Below are positions 1-10,565 of a DNA stretch of 64,000 nt, in pieces (the first letter of the stretch is position 1; every line of letters begins with the position of its first letter). The DNA lies in assembly GCA_965541615.1 (NCBI GenBank), contig CBEUCJ010000001.1:131754-195753 (forward strand). The letters run 5' to 3'. A model generated the notes under the pieces. The model did not search any database. It saw only the letters and a program-made list of their open reading frames with translations, and was not told the origin of the DNA. The stretch comes from an uncultured bacterium. Lineage in GTDB: Bacteria; Omnitrophota; Gorgyraeia; Duberdicusellales; CBEUCJ01. The position numbers were made by a program, and so were the translations under genes.

Positions 1-720
1 TTAGAAGTAAACCCCAGAGCTTCAAGAACTATTCCTTTTATATCTAAAGCAATAGGTGTGCCTTTGGCTAAATTAGCAGCAAAAGTAATGGTGGGTAGGA
101 CTTTAAAAGAATTAGGTTTTACAAAAGAAATAATCCCTCCATATTTTTGTGTAAAAGAATCTGTCTTTCCTTTTAATAGATTTCCAGGCACAGATATTAT
201 CTTAGGACCTGAAATGAAATCTACAGGAGAAGTTATGGGAATAGACTTTGATTTTGGGTTGAGTTTTATAAAGTCTCAAATTGCAGCTTCTCAAAATTTA
301 CCTAAAAAAGGATGTGTTTTTATCAGTGTTAAGAATGAAGATAAACGTGATATTGTGTTTATTGCAAAAAAGCTTCAAGATTTAGGGTTTGAGATAATCT
401 CTACAGAAGGTACAGGTAAAGTTTTGAATAGATATGGAGTAAATGCTAAAATAATTCCAAAAGTTTCAGAAGGAAGACCTAATATTTTGGATTACATAAA
501 AGATAAGAAGGTGCATTTGATAATAAATACTCCTTCTGGAAGGATACCTAGGAAAGATGAGGTAAAGATTAGATCTCAAGCTATAATGCATAATATCCCT
601 TGTATTACTACTATTTCTGGAGCTCAAGCTTCAGTAAATGGGATTGAAGCTTTGTTGAAAAAAGATTTAGACATTAAGTCTTTGCAAGAGTATTATAAAT
701 TAATTAAATATGATTCATGA
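1..720 (+). CDS. carB: Carbamoyl-phosphate synthase large subunit, C-terminal part (MGS-like domain); 5' end lies outside the window
   Basis: The frame is open from nt 1 (LEVNPRASRTIPFISKAIGVPLAKLAAKVMVG...), which matches the conserved CarB C-terminal/MGS-like region. The ORF-track M at 58 is internal. Confidence 0.8.
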   Translation, partial: LEVNPRASRTIPFISKAIGVPLAKLAAKVMVGRTLKELGFTKEIIPPYFCVKESVFPFNRFPGTDIILGPEMKSTGEVMGIDFDFGLSFIKSQIAASQNLPKKGCVFISVKNEDKRDIVFIAKKLQDLGFEIISTEGTGKVLNRYGVNAKIIPKVSEGRPNILDYIKDKKVHLIINTPSGRIPRKDEVKIRSQAIMHNIPCITTISGAQASVNGIEALLKKDLDIKSLQEYYKLIKYDS

Positions 721-1105
721 AATTTCTATCTCTACAAAAAGGAAGACAGAATTTATAGATATTACTTCTGAGGTCAATGAGATTGTGAGAAAAGAAAACG
801 TTCAAGAAGGAGTGTGTGTAGTATTTTGTCCTCATACCACAGCAGGTTTGGTTATAAATGAAAATGCAGATTTTAGTGTAAGAAAAGATATTATAAGTAG
901 TTTACAAAGACTAATTCCTGAAGACGAAGTTTATTCTCATTTAGAGGGAAATTCACCTGCTCATATTAAGTCTTCAATTTTAGGAAATTCATTGACAGTT
1001 TTTATAGAGAACAAAAAATTAAAATTAGGTACTTGGCAAGGAATATTTTTTTGTGAATTTGATGGTCCAAGAAGCAGGAAAATTTGGGTTAAGATATTAA
1101 AATGA
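710..1105 (+). CDS. YjbQ/UPF0047 family protein (secondary thiamine-phosphate synthase-like)
   Basis: 131 aa with YjbQ-like motifs (CPHTTAGLVINENAD, LEGNSPAHIKSS). Overlaps the upstream gene. Confidence 0.7.
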   Translation: MIHEISISTKRKTEFIDITSEVNEIVRKENVQEGVCVVFCPHTTAGLVINENADFSVRKDIISSLQRLIPEDEVYSHLEGNSPAHIKSSILGNSLTVFIENKKLKLGTWQGIFFCEFDGPRSRKIWVKILK

Positions 1106-1875
1106 TAGCTTTGTTTGGATTATTAACTGTAGTTGTTCTTTCTATAATCTGTGTAAGAATAGGTGCTATTGCTTTAGAATTAACAGGTCTCTCACCTGAA
1201 GTAGCTGCTTTTCAAGCACAATCTGCTTTTTCGGGCACAGGTTTTACTACTTCTGAATCTGAAATTATAGTTTCACATCCTGTGAGGAGAAAAATAATTC
1301 GTATCTTGATCTTATTAGGAAGCATGGGGATCACTTCATCTATAGCTACTTTGGTCTTAACATTTGTAGGACAATCTGTAGAGACTATGCTTATAAGAGC
1401 AGGTATTTTAACAATAGGTTTGCTTGCAATTCTGTTATTCGCTCGTTCAAAATATATTTATAGAGTGATGAAAAAAATTATTACAAAAGCATTAGAGAAA
1501 TGGACGCAAGTTCGTATTTATGATTATGAGCAAATTTTAGGTTTAAGTAAAGGTTATACTATTTCCAAGATTACCGTAAAACCTGAAAGTTGGATGGCAG
1601 GTTGTAAATTAAAGGATTTGAAATTAGATTTAGAAGGAACTTTAGTTTTAGCTATTTACAGGAAAGTAAATGGAGAAGAAAAGTTTATAGGTGCTCCCAA
1701 AGGAGACACAGTAATTCAAAAAGGTGATGTTTTAATATGCTATGGTAGAGAAGACGCAAGTAGAGGGTTATCACAAAGATGTAAAGGAGCAGAAGGTAAC
1801 AAAGAACATGAGATGCAAGTTCAAAAAGAACAGCAATTAGCTAAGATGAGAGAGATAAGAGGAGGTTTTGATTAA
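1102..1875 (+). CDS. Membrane protein with C-terminal TrkA-C (RCK_C) domain
   Basis: N-terminal TM helices and a C-terminal RCK_C-like segment (KITVKPESWMAGCKLKDLKL...VLICYGRED). Confidence 0.55.
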   Translation: MIALFGLLTVVVLSIICVRIGAIALELTGLSPEVAAFQAQSAFSGTGFTTSESEIIVSHPVRRKIIRILILLGSMGITSSIATLVLTFVGQSVETMLIRAGILTIGLLAILLFARSKYIYRVMKKIITKALEKWTQVRIYDYEQILGLSKGYTISKITVKPESWMAGCKLKDLKLDLEGTLVLAIYRKVNGEEKFIGAPKGDTVIQKGDVLICYGREDASRGLSQRCKGAEGNKEHEMQVQKEQQLAKMREIRGGFD

Positions 1876-1890
1876 AAGGAGGCAGAATCT

Positions 1891-2688
1891 ATGCCAGAGT
1901 TGCCAGAAGTAGAAACTATTAAAAGAGAGTTAGAGAAAGTAATATTAAATAAGAAGATAAAAGATGTAATTATAAAAAAACAAAAAGTTGTAAAAGAACC
2001 TGCACCAAAAAAATTTAAAGAGAATTTGAAAGGAGAGAGAGTTAAGGAAATAATAAGAAAAGCAAAAGTTTTGATATTAAGATTAGAAAAAAATTTTTTG
2101 ATAATCCATTTAAAGATTTCAGGATGGATTTTGTATGGAAAAGAAGAAGAAAAATCAGCTGTGAGTATTCTTTTTGAGGATGGTAACTACTTAAACTACA
2201 TGGATCAGAGATTATTAGGAGAATTAAGATTAAGGAAAGATTTTAAGGATTTAAAGTTTATAAAAGAACTAGGTCCTGAGCCTTTTGAGTTTACTTTAGA
2301 AGAGTTTAAAGAAAAAGTGAAAAAGAAAAAGACAAAGATAAAGCTTTTATTGATGGATCAAAAATTTATTTCAGGAGTAGGAAATGTTTACGCAGTTGAG
2401 AGTTTATTTAGAGCAAAAATTAATCCTTTAACACCTGCCAATAAGCTCTCTGATGAAAAGATTCAGGAACTTTTTAAAGCCATTTTAGAAGTCTTAAAAG
2501 AAGCTATTAAATATAAAGGAAGTTCAGTAGATACTTACAGAGATATTTATGGTAAAGAAGGAAAAATGACCTGCAGATTAAAAGTCTATGGAAGAGAGTC
2601 TGAACCCTGTTTTATTTGTAAGACTCCTATTAAAAAGATAGAGTTAGGAGGAAGGAGCACCTATTTTTGTCCTAAATGTCAAAAATAA
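1891..2688 (+). CDS. mutM: Formamidopyrimidine-DNA glycosylase
   Basis: N-terminal MPELPEVE, H2TH region, and a C-terminal CxxC...CxxC zinc finger (CFICKTPIKK...YFCPKCQ). GGAGG RBS. Confidence 0.9.
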   Translation: MPELPEVETIKRELEKVILNKKIKDVIIKKQKVVKEPAPKKFKENLKGERVKEIIRKAKVLILRLEKNFLIIHLKISGWILYGKEEEKSAVSILFEDGNYLNYMDQRLLGELRLRKDFKDLKFIKELGPEPFEFTLEEFKEKVKKKKTKIKLLLMDQKFISGVGNVYAVESLFRAKINPLTPANKLSDEKIQELFKAILEVLKEAIKYKGSSVDTYRDIYGKEGKMTCRLKVYGRESEPCFICKTPIKKIELGGRSTYFCPKCQK

Positions 2689-3449
2689 AGATTTTAGAGT
2701 GTCCTATAAAGAATGTTGAGAGCGTAACTAAAGATACTTTTAAGATAGAATTAGAATCTGAATACTTAGCAAAGAATTCTTATCCAGGTCAATTCCTCCA
2801 TATAAAGATAGATGAGGATTTAAGTTTAAGACGCCCTTTCAGTATCCACAGAATTAAAAAAAATAGAGTTCTTGTACTCTTTAAAGTTAGAGGAAGAGGA
2901 ACATCCCTTCTTTCAAAAAAACAAAAGAATCAAAAGTTAAATGTAATAGGCCCTTTAGGAAGAGGATTTAAAATTCCTAAAGTTTTAAAAGAAGGAGAAA
3001 TAATTATTCTAGCAGGAGGAGGTTTGGGGATAGCTCCTCTTTATTTTTTAGCTCAGAAGATAAAAGATTTAAAATTTAAGAAAAATAAAATTTTTTGTAT
3101 TTTAGGTTTTAAAGAAAAGAAAGATGTAATCTGTGAAGAGGATTTTAAATCCTTAGGATTTAAGACTTATATTGTTACTGAGAAAACAGGCGTTAAAAAA
3201 AATCTTGTGGATTTTTTAGAAGAATTTGTTAAAAATAAAAAAGGTTATATATATTTGTGCGGTCCTAAAGAGATGATCAATTCTCTTAAAGAAAAGAAAT
3301 TTAAAGATTTTAAAATACAGGTCAGTTTGGAAAATTTTTTAGGTTGTGGAATAGGAATGTGTAAAGCTTGCAGTATTTTGACTAAGGAAGGAACTAAATT
3401 GGTATGTAAAGATGGGCCTGTTTTTGATATAGAAGATTTAAAAATTTAA
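2676..3449 (+). CDS. pyrK: Dihydroorotate dehydrogenase electron-transfer subunit
   Basis: FAD/NAD-binding fold with a C-terminal Cys cluster (CGIGMCKACS). Lies next to pyrD. Confidence 0.8.
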   Translation: MSKIKILECPIKNVESVTKDTFKIELESEYLAKNSYPGQFLHIKIDEDLSLRRPFSIHRIKKNRVLVLFKVRGRGTSLLSKKQKNQKLNVIGPLGRGFKIPKVLKEGEIIILAGGGLGIAPLYFLAQKIKDLKFKKNKIFCILGFKEKKDVICEEDFKSLGFKTYIVTEKTGVKKNLVDFLEEFVKNKKGYIYLCGPKEMINSLKEKKFKDFKIQVSLENFLGCGIGMCKACSILTKEGTKLVCKDGPVFDIEDLKI

Positions 3450-3464
3450 ACTAGGAGGCAGAAA

Positions 3465-4619
3465 ATGCAAGAGCCATTCGTTTCAATAATAATACCTGTA
3501 AAAAATATGGAAAGAACTATCGAAAAGATGTTTGAGTATTTAAGTGAAGTAGATTATCCAAGAGAAAGGTTAGAGATAATAATAGTTGATGGTGGTAGCA
3601 AAGACAGAACAGTAGAGATAATTAAGAATTATCAAAAAGAAAATCCTTTTATAAAGTTAATTCAGATTCCAGATTGTCCTTCACCAGGCTTTGCTAGGAC
3701 CAGAGCTTTAAAAGAAGCTAAAGGAGATTTTATTTTCTTTACAGATGCAGATTGCGCTCCATGTAAAGATTGGATCAAAAAGATGTTAAAAGTATTTGAA
3801 AGAGATGAAAAAATAGGAGCTGTTGGAGGAGAAATTTACACTCTAAGAGTAGATCCTAACAATTTAGTAGAAATTTACTGTGAAGCTTTTGGATTTAATA
3901 GAGTTTCTTGGAGATATGGGAATTTAGGAGAAGGTTACTTTCCAGATTTAAAAGATTTTACTCCTACTGAAATTTGTGGACACAGAGCTTACTTTTTTGT
4001 TACTGCAAATGTAGCTTATAGAAAAGAAGCTGTAGAGTCTGCTGAAAGAAGATTCTGGGAACTGCCCACAGGTGAAGATATAGATTTCGGTTTAAGAGTA
4101 AGAAAGAATGGAAATTGGAAGTTTTATTTTTTACCTTCAGCTTCTGTAAGACATATGCATAGAGCAGATTTAAAGTCTTTACTAAAAGTATGGAAATCTT
4201 ATGGAACTGCTCACCCCCCACTCTTATATGAACATTCTAAAAAATATTTTGAAATTGTGTTCCAATTTTTAGGAGAGTACCCAAATTTACCTGTTTTAAA
4301 ATTTCCTTTTCCAATAAAAGGATTTCTTTATATAGGAAACTTTCATCTTATGCATATTTTTCTTTTCCTGTTTTTATTAAGTTTTGCTTTTTGTTGGATA
4401 TTTCCTTTATCTGTTTGGTGGAAAATTTTTAGCTGGGTATTTCTTGCTGCGACTTTAATATTTTCATTTAAATTTTTTAGACCAGCCTTTAATATAGAAC
4501 CCTACAATAAATGGTTTGAGTTCTGTAAGATGAAGTATTTAACTAATTTATATTTCATTTTGGGAGGATTAAAAGGTTCCTTAAAGTATAAGACTTTCTG
4601 TATAGAACCCAGTTTCTAA
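3465..4619 (+). CDS. Family 2 glycosyltransferase with C-terminal membrane domain
   Basis: N-terminal GT2 fold (SIIIPVKN...DGGSKD...FFTDADC) followed by several hydrophobic helices. Confidence 0.75.
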   Translation: MQEPFVSIIIPVKNMERTIEKMFEYLSEVDYPRERLEIIIVDGGSKDRTVEIIKNYQKENPFIKLIQIPDCPSPGFARTRALKEAKGDFIFFTDADCAPCKDWIKKMLKVFERDEKIGAVGGEIYTLRVDPNNLVEIYCEAFGFNRVSWRYGNLGEGYFPDLKDFTPTEICGHRAYFFVTANVAYRKEAVESAERRFWELPTGEDIDFGLRVRKNGNWKFYFLPSASVRHMHRADLKSLLKVWKSYGTAHPPLLYEHSKKYFEIVFQFLGEYPNLPVLKFPFPIKGFLYIGNFHLMHIFLFLFLLSFAFCWIFPLSVWWKIFSWVFLAATLIFSFKFFRPAFNIEPYNKWFEFCKMKYLTNLYFILGGLKGSLKYKTFCIEPSF

Positions 4620-4651
4620 AAAATTAAATTTTAAAAAACAAAGGAGGCAAA

Positions 4652-5008
4652 ATGAATCTGTTTTATCTTTTCTTAGGGATAATTTCAGGAATTTTAAGTG
4701 GATTTTTAGGGATAGGAGGAGGTTCAATCTTAATACCTGCATTTGTGTATTTATTGGGTTTGAGTCAACACCAAGCACAAGGCACTACTTTAGCTTTAAT
4801 GGTTCCTCCAATAGGATTGATGGCTGCTTTAAGGTATTACTTTGAAGGAAATGTGAATTTAAAAATAGCTTTCTGGGTTTGTATTGGATTTTTTTTCGGA
4901 GCTTTTTTAGGAGCTGATTTTGCTCAGAAAGTATCAGATACTTTGCTTAAAAAAATTTTTGGATTCTTTTTGTTATTAATTTCTTTAAAAATGATATTTG
5001 CAAAATGA
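4652..5008 (+). CDS. TSUP/TauE-SafE (DUF81) family membrane protein, half-size unit
   Basis: 118 aa, 4 TM. Gly-rich GIGGGS motif typical of DUF81. Confidence 0.6.
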   Translation: MNLFYLFLGIISGILSGFLGIGGGSILIPAFVYLLGLSQHQAQGTTLALMVPPIGLMAALRYYFEGNVNLKIAFWVCIGFFFGAFLGADFAQKVSDTLLKKIFGFFLLLISLKMIFAK

Positions 5009-5904
5009 AGCCAGATTTAACGATAAATTTAAAAGAAGTAAAATTAAAAAATCCAATAATCTTAGCTTCTGGCGTAGTTGGATTTGGAAAAGAGATCGTT
5101 AAGTTTTTTGATATAAATAAATTGGGAGCTGTAGTTACAAAGACTATTACTTTAAAACCCAGGATAGGTAATCTTCAACCTAGAATTTATGACTTAGGTT
5201 TCGGGGTTTTAAATTCCATAGGTTTAGAAAATCCTGGCTTAGAAGGATTTAAGGAAAAATATGCAGATTTTTTATCCTCTTTAAATACCTGTGTATTTGT
5301 AAGTTTATATGGAGAAAGTTTTGATGAGTATAAGGTTTTGATAAGAGAATTAGAAAATTTTAATTTTAAAGGATATGAAATAAATCTTTCTTGTCCTAAT
5401 ATTAAAAAGACTCTAAAGTTTTCTCAAAAAAAATTTTTTAATTTTCTTTCTAAATTGAGAGAATTGACTAAAAAACTCTTAGTAGTAAAATTAGGTTTTC
5501 ATCCAGAGTTAGTGACTATTTGTAAAATATGTGAAAATGCAGGAATAGATGCTTTAACCTTAATCAATACTCTTCCAGCTATGGCACTAGATATTGAAGA
5601 AAGAAAACCTGTTTTAGGAAATATAACAGGTGGTTTGAGTGGAAGGTGTTTAAAGCCTATAGCTTTAAAATGCGTGTGGGAGGTTTCAAGAAAGATAAAA
5701 ATACCTGTTATAGGATGTGGAGGAATATTCGATTTTAAAGATGTAATTGAATTTTTGTTGAGTGGAGCTTGTTGTATACAGATAGGTGTAGCAAATTTAA
5801 TAGACCCTAAAATAAGTCTAAAGATTCTAAAAGATTTACAAAAGTATCTTAAACAGAAAGGGATTAATTCTATAAAAGAAATAATAGGAAGATTAGATGC
5901 CTGA
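5005..5904 (+). CDS. pyrD: Dihydroorotate dehydrogenase catalytic subunit (class 1B)
   Basis: Conserved NLSCPN motif and the class 1 DHOD TIM-barrel pattern. Overlaps pyrF. Confidence 0.9.
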   Translation: MKPDLTINLKEVKLKNPIILASGVVGFGKEIVKFFDINKLGAVVTKTITLKPRIGNLQPRIYDLGFGVLNSIGLENPGLEGFKEKYADFLSSLNTCVFVSLYGESFDEYKVLIRELENFNFKGYEINLSCPNIKKTLKFSQKKFFNFLSKLRELTKKLLVVKLGFHPELVTICKICENAGIDALTLINTLPAMALDIEERKPVLGNITGGLSGRCLKPIALKCVWEVSRKIKIPVIGCGGIFDFKDVIEFLLSGACCIQIGVANLIDPKISLKILKDLQKYLKQKGINSIKEIIGRLDA

Positions 5905-6565
5905 ATTAATCTTAGCTTTAGATTTAGATAAAGAAAAAGAAATAAAAGAATGGCTCAGTCTCACAAAAGATTATTTAAATTATTATAAGATTGGGATAAG
6001 AAGTTTTGTAAAAATAGGTCCTAAATCTGTTAGATTAATAAAAAAATTTAATAAGAAAGTATTCTTAGATTTAAAATTTTTTGATATTCCCAACAGCATG
6101 ATAAAAGCTGGAAAAAACGCTATAGACTTAGGAGTAGATTTATTAAACTTTCATCTTTTAAATGAAGAGTCTAGTTTAAAGGGAACTATCAAAGAACTAA
6201 AAAGCTATTCTGAAAAGAAAGGGAAAAAAGTCTTATTTTTAGGAGTTACTCTTCTTACAAGCATAAACTTTAAAAAGAACATAGAGCAAAGAGTATTAAA
6301 ATTAGCAAAGAAAGCAAGATCAATAGGTTTTGATGGTGTAATATGTGCAGGTAGAGAATCTAAAATAATAAAAGAAACTTTAGGGAATGATTTTATAACT
6401 GCCTGTCCAGGAATAAGATTTGAACCTGTATCTGATGATCAAAAAAGAGTAAGTGCTCCTCAAAGAATTAAAAAATATGTAGATTTTTTTATAATGGGAA
6501 GACCCATTTTAGAATCCAAAGATCCTTTAAAAACTATAAAGAAAATTTTGAGGTTAATAAGATGA
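5897..6565 (+). CDS. pyrF: Orotidine 5'-phosphate decarboxylase
   Basis: LILALDLD start, DLKFFDIPN motif, 222 aa. Confidence 0.85.
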   Translation: MPELILALDLDKEKEIKEWLSLTKDYLNYYKIGIRSFVKIGPKSVRLIKKFNKKVFLDLKFFDIPNSMIKAGKNAIDLGVDLLNFHLLNEESSLKGTIKELKSYSEKKGKKVLFLGVTLLTSINFKKNIEQRVLKLAKKARSIGFDGVICAGRESKIIKETLGNDFITACPGIRFEPVSDDQKRVSAPQRIKKYVDFFIMGRPILESKDPLKTIKKILRLIR

Positions 6566-6888
6566 AAGATTTTGAGGAAATTTTAGAAGAGGTAAAAAGG
6601 ACAGAAGATAAAGCAGAAGAGATCATAATTCAAGCTAAAAAGCAAGCAGAATCTGTTGTAAATTCTGCTTATTTAAAAAGAGATGAGATATTTAAAGAAT
6701 ATCAAAATAATTTTGAGAAAGAATTTGAAAAGTTTAAAGCTCAAGTAGAAAAAGAAATTGAAACTGAGATTTTAAAAATGAAGGAAGAACTTCAAGTCAA
6801 ACTAAAAAAGTTGAAAGAAAAAAGAGAAGAGTTAATAGAAAAATTAAAACAGTATTTAGTTTCTTTAATTAAAGAAAAATGGCAATAG
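6562..6888 (+). CDS. A/V-type ATPase subunit G/H (coiled-coil stator subunit)
   Basis: 108-aa charged coiled coil, first gene of the V-ATPase operon. Confidence 0.6.
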   Translation: MKDFEEILEEVKRTEDKAEEIIIQAKKQAESVVNSAYLKRDEIFKEYQNNFEKEFEKFKAQVEKEIETEILKMKEELQVKLKKLKEKREELIEKLKQYLVSLIKEKWQ

Positions 6889-8744
6889 AAAGAGTAAAAA
6901 GAGTTGAACTTTTAGGGGTAGAGGAAATAAAAGAAGAATTTATAAAAGAATTGCAAAAACAAGAACTTTTACATTTAGATTTTATTTCTTTTCCTAAAAA
7001 TCTTCCTGAATTAAGCACGGTAGAAACTGCTATCAATATACTTTCAGAATTTGAAGATAAAAATTTTTTAGGAGATATGTTTAAAGAGCCAGTTTTTTTG
7101 AAAAAAGAAGAAATAGAAAATATAGATCAAACAAAACTTTTAGAAGTAAGCAAAGAGATTATTCATTTGAAAAATAAGTTATCTCAACTTAAAGAGAAGA
7201 AAAAACAGCTTTTAAAAGAAATAGAAGAGTTAAATTTTTGGAAATTTTTAAACTTTTCTTTAAAGGATTTTCAAAATTTAAATATTTTTTCTTTTGTATT
7301 CATTAAAGTATCTGAAAAAGATTTAGATAAATTAAAAAAAGAATTAAAGATAGAAGCAGCTATCAAGGAAATTTACAGAGTCGATAAGTTTAAGATATTG
7401 GTCGTTATTACTTTCAAAGACAAAGAATCAAATTTGAGAAATTTTTTAAAGTCAAAAAATATTTTTATTTTGGATTTACCTTTAGGAATAATGAGAAAAA
7501 ATCCTGAACTTTCTCTATCTGAGCTAAAAAATCAAATGGAAAGAGAACTTAACATGTTAAACTCTGAATATGAGAATGTTTTAAAAGAGATTTCAAAGAA
7601 ACAAAGTTTTAAAAAAGAGTTAATGATTTTATATGAGTTTTTATACAATTCTAATCTATGCAAAGATACTTTAAAAATTCTTCCTAAGACCAAAAGATTT
7701 TTTGGTGTAACAGGTTGGATGTTAGAAAAAGATGAAAAAAAATTTTTTAATTTTTTAAAGAGGTTTGAAGGTAAAGTTTACGTAAAGATAAGAGAACCTT
7801 TAAAGACAGAATCTCCTCCTGCAAAGTTAAAGAATCCTCAGATTATTTCTCCTTTTGAAATCCTTACTACTATGTATGCGCCACCTTCTTATTATTCTTT
7901 AGATCCTACAGTGTTTTTGGCTCCTTTCTTTTTCTTTTTCGTAGGAGTATGTATTTCAGACGCAGGTTATGGTTTAGTATTGAGTGTCCTTTCTTTTTAT
8001 ATTTTAAAGAAAAAAAAGTTGAGTTCTAAAGCAAAGTTATTTTTTAAGTTATTAGGTTACTTAGGAATCTCTACTTTTTTTGTGGGTGTTTTTTTAGGAA
8101 GTTTTTTTGGTATAGAACTTCCCTTTAAATTGATAGATATGAAGACTTCTCCTTTTGAGTTCTTAATATTTTGTTTTTTGGTAGGATTGGTTCAAATTTT
8201 ATTAGGTCTTTTTTTAAAAGCTTATTTGAGTCTTAAAAGAAGAAATTACAATCAATTTCTTCTTCAGGTTTCATGGATAGGGATATTAGTTTGTTTGCCA
8301 TTGTATTTTTTGGTAAAATCTCTTCTTTTGAAGTATCTTTCTATTTTATTTTGTATAGGGGTAATCTTATTTTCTTCAGAGAGTAAGAATGTAATAGTTA
8401 GGTTCTTTAAAGGACTTTATGAACTTTATGGAATTACCAGGTATTTATCAGACGTTCTTTCTTATTCAAGATTGTTAGCTTTAGGTATGGCTACAGGAGT
8501 AATAGCTATGGTGATAAATATTTTAGCAGAATTCTTTTTCAAAATTCCTGTTTTAGGTCTTATTTTAGGAGGAATTTTTTTGGTTTTTGGGCATTCTTTT
8601 AACATTTTTATAAATCTTTTGAGTGGATTTATACATTCAGCAAGATTGCAATTTGTAGAATTTTTTCCAAAATTTTTTGAGTTAGGTAAAAAATATTTTG
8701 AGCCTTTTAGAATAGTAACAAAGTATACCAGATTAATAAATTAA
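6879..8744 (+). CDS. atpI: A/V-type ATPase subunit I (a-subunit)
   Basis: 621 aa with a hydrophilic N-terminal half and a polytopic C-terminal half. Correct operon position. Confidence 0.8.
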   Translation: MAIERVKRVELLGVEEIKEEFIKELQKQELLHLDFISFPKNLPELSTVETAINILSEFEDKNFLGDMFKEPVFLKKEEIENIDQTKLLEVSKEIIHLKNKLSQLKEKKKQLLKEIEELNFWKFLNFSLKDFQNLNIFSFVFIKVSEKDLDKLKKELKIEAAIKEIYRVDKFKILVVITFKDKESNLRNFLKSKNIFILDLPLGIMRKNPELSLSELKNQMERELNMLNSEYENVLKEISKKQSFKKELMILYEFLYNSNLCKDTLKILPKTKRFFGVTGWMLEKDEKKFFNFLKRFEGKVYVKIREPLKTESPPAKLKNPQIISPFEILTTMYAPPSYYSLDPTVFLAPFFFFFVGVCISDAGYGLVLSVLSFYILKKKKLSSKAKLFFKLLGYLGISTFFVGVFLGSFFGIELPFKLIDMKTSPFEFLIFCFLVGLVQILLGLFLKAYLSLKRRNYNQFLLQVSWIGILVCLPLYFLVKSLLLKYLSILFCIGVILFSSESKNVIVRFFKGLYELYGITRYLSDVLSYSRLLALGMATGVIAMVINILAEFFFKIPVLGLILGGIFLVFGHSFNIFINLLSGFIHSARLQFVEFFPKFFELGKKYFEPFRIVTKYTRLIN

Positions 8745-8755
8745 GGAGGTGAACT

Positions 8756-9229
8756 ATGAGTTGGGGTATAGTTTTGGCTATATTAGGAGGAGCTTTAGCT
8801 GTAATTTTAGGGGGTATAGGTTCTTCAATTGGGGTAGGGAAAACAGGTCAAGCTTCTAATGGAGTAATGAGCGAGAATCCTGAACACTTTGTACCTTTAA
8901 TGCTATTAACAGCTTTACCTGGAACTCAAGGAGTATATGGATTTTTGATAGGATTTATTTTAGCTATGAAGTTAGGATTGTTAAAAGGAGAGTTAGCTTC
9001 TTTAGACCTTTATCAAGGAGCAGCTATGTTCTTTGCTTGTCTACCAGTAGGAGTAGCAGGTTTGGTTTCGGCTATCTATCAAGGAAGAGTATGTGCTACA
9101 GGAGTATATATGGTTTCCAAACAGCCAAAGGAATTTGTAAAGCCTTTAGTTTTGGCAGTGTTCGTAGAGTTTTATGCAGTTTTAGGATTATTAATTTCAA
9201 TATTGATTTTAAATGGAATTAAATTATGA
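8756..9229 (+). CDS. atpK: A/V-type ATPase proteolipid subunit K (c-subunit)
   Basis: 157 aa, duplicated hairpin rich in Gly/Ala. Good RBS (GGAGGTG). Confidence 0.85.
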   Translation: MSWGIVLAILGGALAVILGGIGSSIGVGKTGQASNGVMSENPEHFVPLMLLTALPGTQGVYGFLIGFILAMKLGLLKGELASLDLYQGAAMFFACLPVGVAGLVSAIYQGRVCATGVYMVSKQPKEFVKPLVLAVFVEFYAVLGLLISILILNGIKL

Positions 9230-9660
9230 AGGAGTTATCAGAGCTTTTAAACAAAATAATTTTAGAGAAAGAGAAAGAAAAAGAAGAGATTCTAAAGAAC
9301 GCTCAAATAAAAAAGGAAGAGATTTTAGCTTCTATTAGAAAAGAAGCCCAAAACTATTTTTCTGAAATATTTTTAAAAAAGAAAGAAGAGTTAAAAAAGA
9401 AAAAAAGAGAGATTTTATTTGAAGAAAAATTAAAAAATAAAAGATTGCTTTTACAAGAAAAAGAAGAATTAATAAAAGATGTTTTTAAAGAAATTAAATT
9501 ATTTTTAGAAAAAAATTCTAATTTTATCCCTAAAAAAGAAATCGTTAAGAAAGATGAGAAAATTCAGCAAAATCTTACAATAGAAGAGTTTTTAGAATTT
9601 TTAAAAGAGAATTTTAAAGGAACTCTTTTGAAGATAATAGATGATGAGTTACGATTATAG
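9226..9660 (+). CDS. atpE: A/V-type ATPase subunit E
   Basis: 144-aa Lys/Glu-rich coiled coil in the expected operon position. Confidence 0.65.
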   Translation: MKELSELLNKIILEKEKEKEEILKNAQIKKEEILASIRKEAQNYFSEIFLKKKEELKKKKREILFEEKLKNKRLLLQEKEELIKDVFKEIKLFLEKNSNFIPKKEIVKKDEKIQQNLTIEEFLEFLKENFKGTLLKIIDDELRL

Positions 9661-10306
9661 TTTTTCTTTGGGCAGAATAGGTGCATTAGAAAAGAAGTTG
9701 ATTTCTCCAGAATATTTTTATGAGATTCTAAAGTTTGATTTTCCTGAAGGTCTTTCAAAATTAAGAGATAAGTTTTTTGGTGATTTAAAAGATTTTGAAG
9801 ATATAGATATGTTTTTTTTAAAAGAAGAAGATTATCTTTATGAAAATTTGGAAGTTCTTTTAGAAGAGAAATTAAGAATATTTTTGAAGAAAGCATTCGA
9901 TTTAAATTTTATAAGTAAGAATCTAAATTTATTGAATTCTGAATATTTAAAGAAATATTTTCTTCTTTCAGTAAAATTAGAGAATGCTCTTTTAGATTTG
10001 AGAAGAAAATATTTAGGGATAAAAAAAGATTTAAACTTGCGTGATTTCCCTTCTTCTTTTATAAAAGAAGCTCAAAGTTTAATAGATGAGGGTAAAATTT
10101 ATCTTTTACATTTTTTAAAGATAAGATTTCTTTTGAGATTTTTAGAAGAATTTAAAAAAAATCTTTTAGGAGCTGAGATAGTTTTTTGGTATTTTTTTAA
10201 TAAGAAATTTCAATATGATATTTTAAAATTTATTATTATATGCAAAATGAGAAAAATTGAGATAAATAAAATAAAGAATGTTTTGGAGGTGAGTTTTGGA
10301 AAGTAA
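9641..10306 (+). CDS. atpC: A/V-type ATPase subunit C (d-like)
   Basis: Assigned by operon position between E and F. 221 aa is shorter than typical for this subunit. Confidence 0.5.
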   Translation: MMSYDYSFSLGRIGALEKKLISPEYFYEILKFDFPEGLSKLRDKFFGDLKDFEDIDMFFLKEEDYLYENLEVLLEEKLRIFLKKAFDLNFISKNLNLLNSEYLKKYFLLSVKLENALLDLRRKYLGIKKDLNLRDFPSSFIKEAQSLIDEGKIYLLHFLKIRFLLRFLEEFKKNLLGAEIVFWYFFNKKFQYDILKFIIICKMRKIEINKIKNVLEVSFGK

Positions 10307-10562
10307 GATTTTGTTTATAGGAAAAGATGAACTTGCAGAATTCTTTAAAATATTAGGATTTGAATCTTTAAAAGTAGAAGATTTAGAAAGGATAAAAGAA
10401 ATGCAAGATTTTAAGATAATTTTGTGTGAAGAAGATCTCTATGAAAAACTTTTAGAGAAATTTAAAGATAGAATAATAGTTCCTTTTTGTAATCTAGAAG
10501 AAAAAAAAGAGCTTTTAAAAGAGAATATTTATCACTTAGTAAAAGAGACAATAGGCAAATAA
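10296..10562 (+). CDS. atpF: A/V-type ATPase subunit F
   Basis: 88 aa, in the position immediately before the A subunit. Confidence 0.65.
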   Translation: MESKILFIGKDELAEFFKILGFESLKVEDLERIKEMQDFKIILCEEDLYEKLLEKFKDRIIVPFCNLEEKKELLKENIYHLVKETIGK

Positions 10563-10565
10563 AAA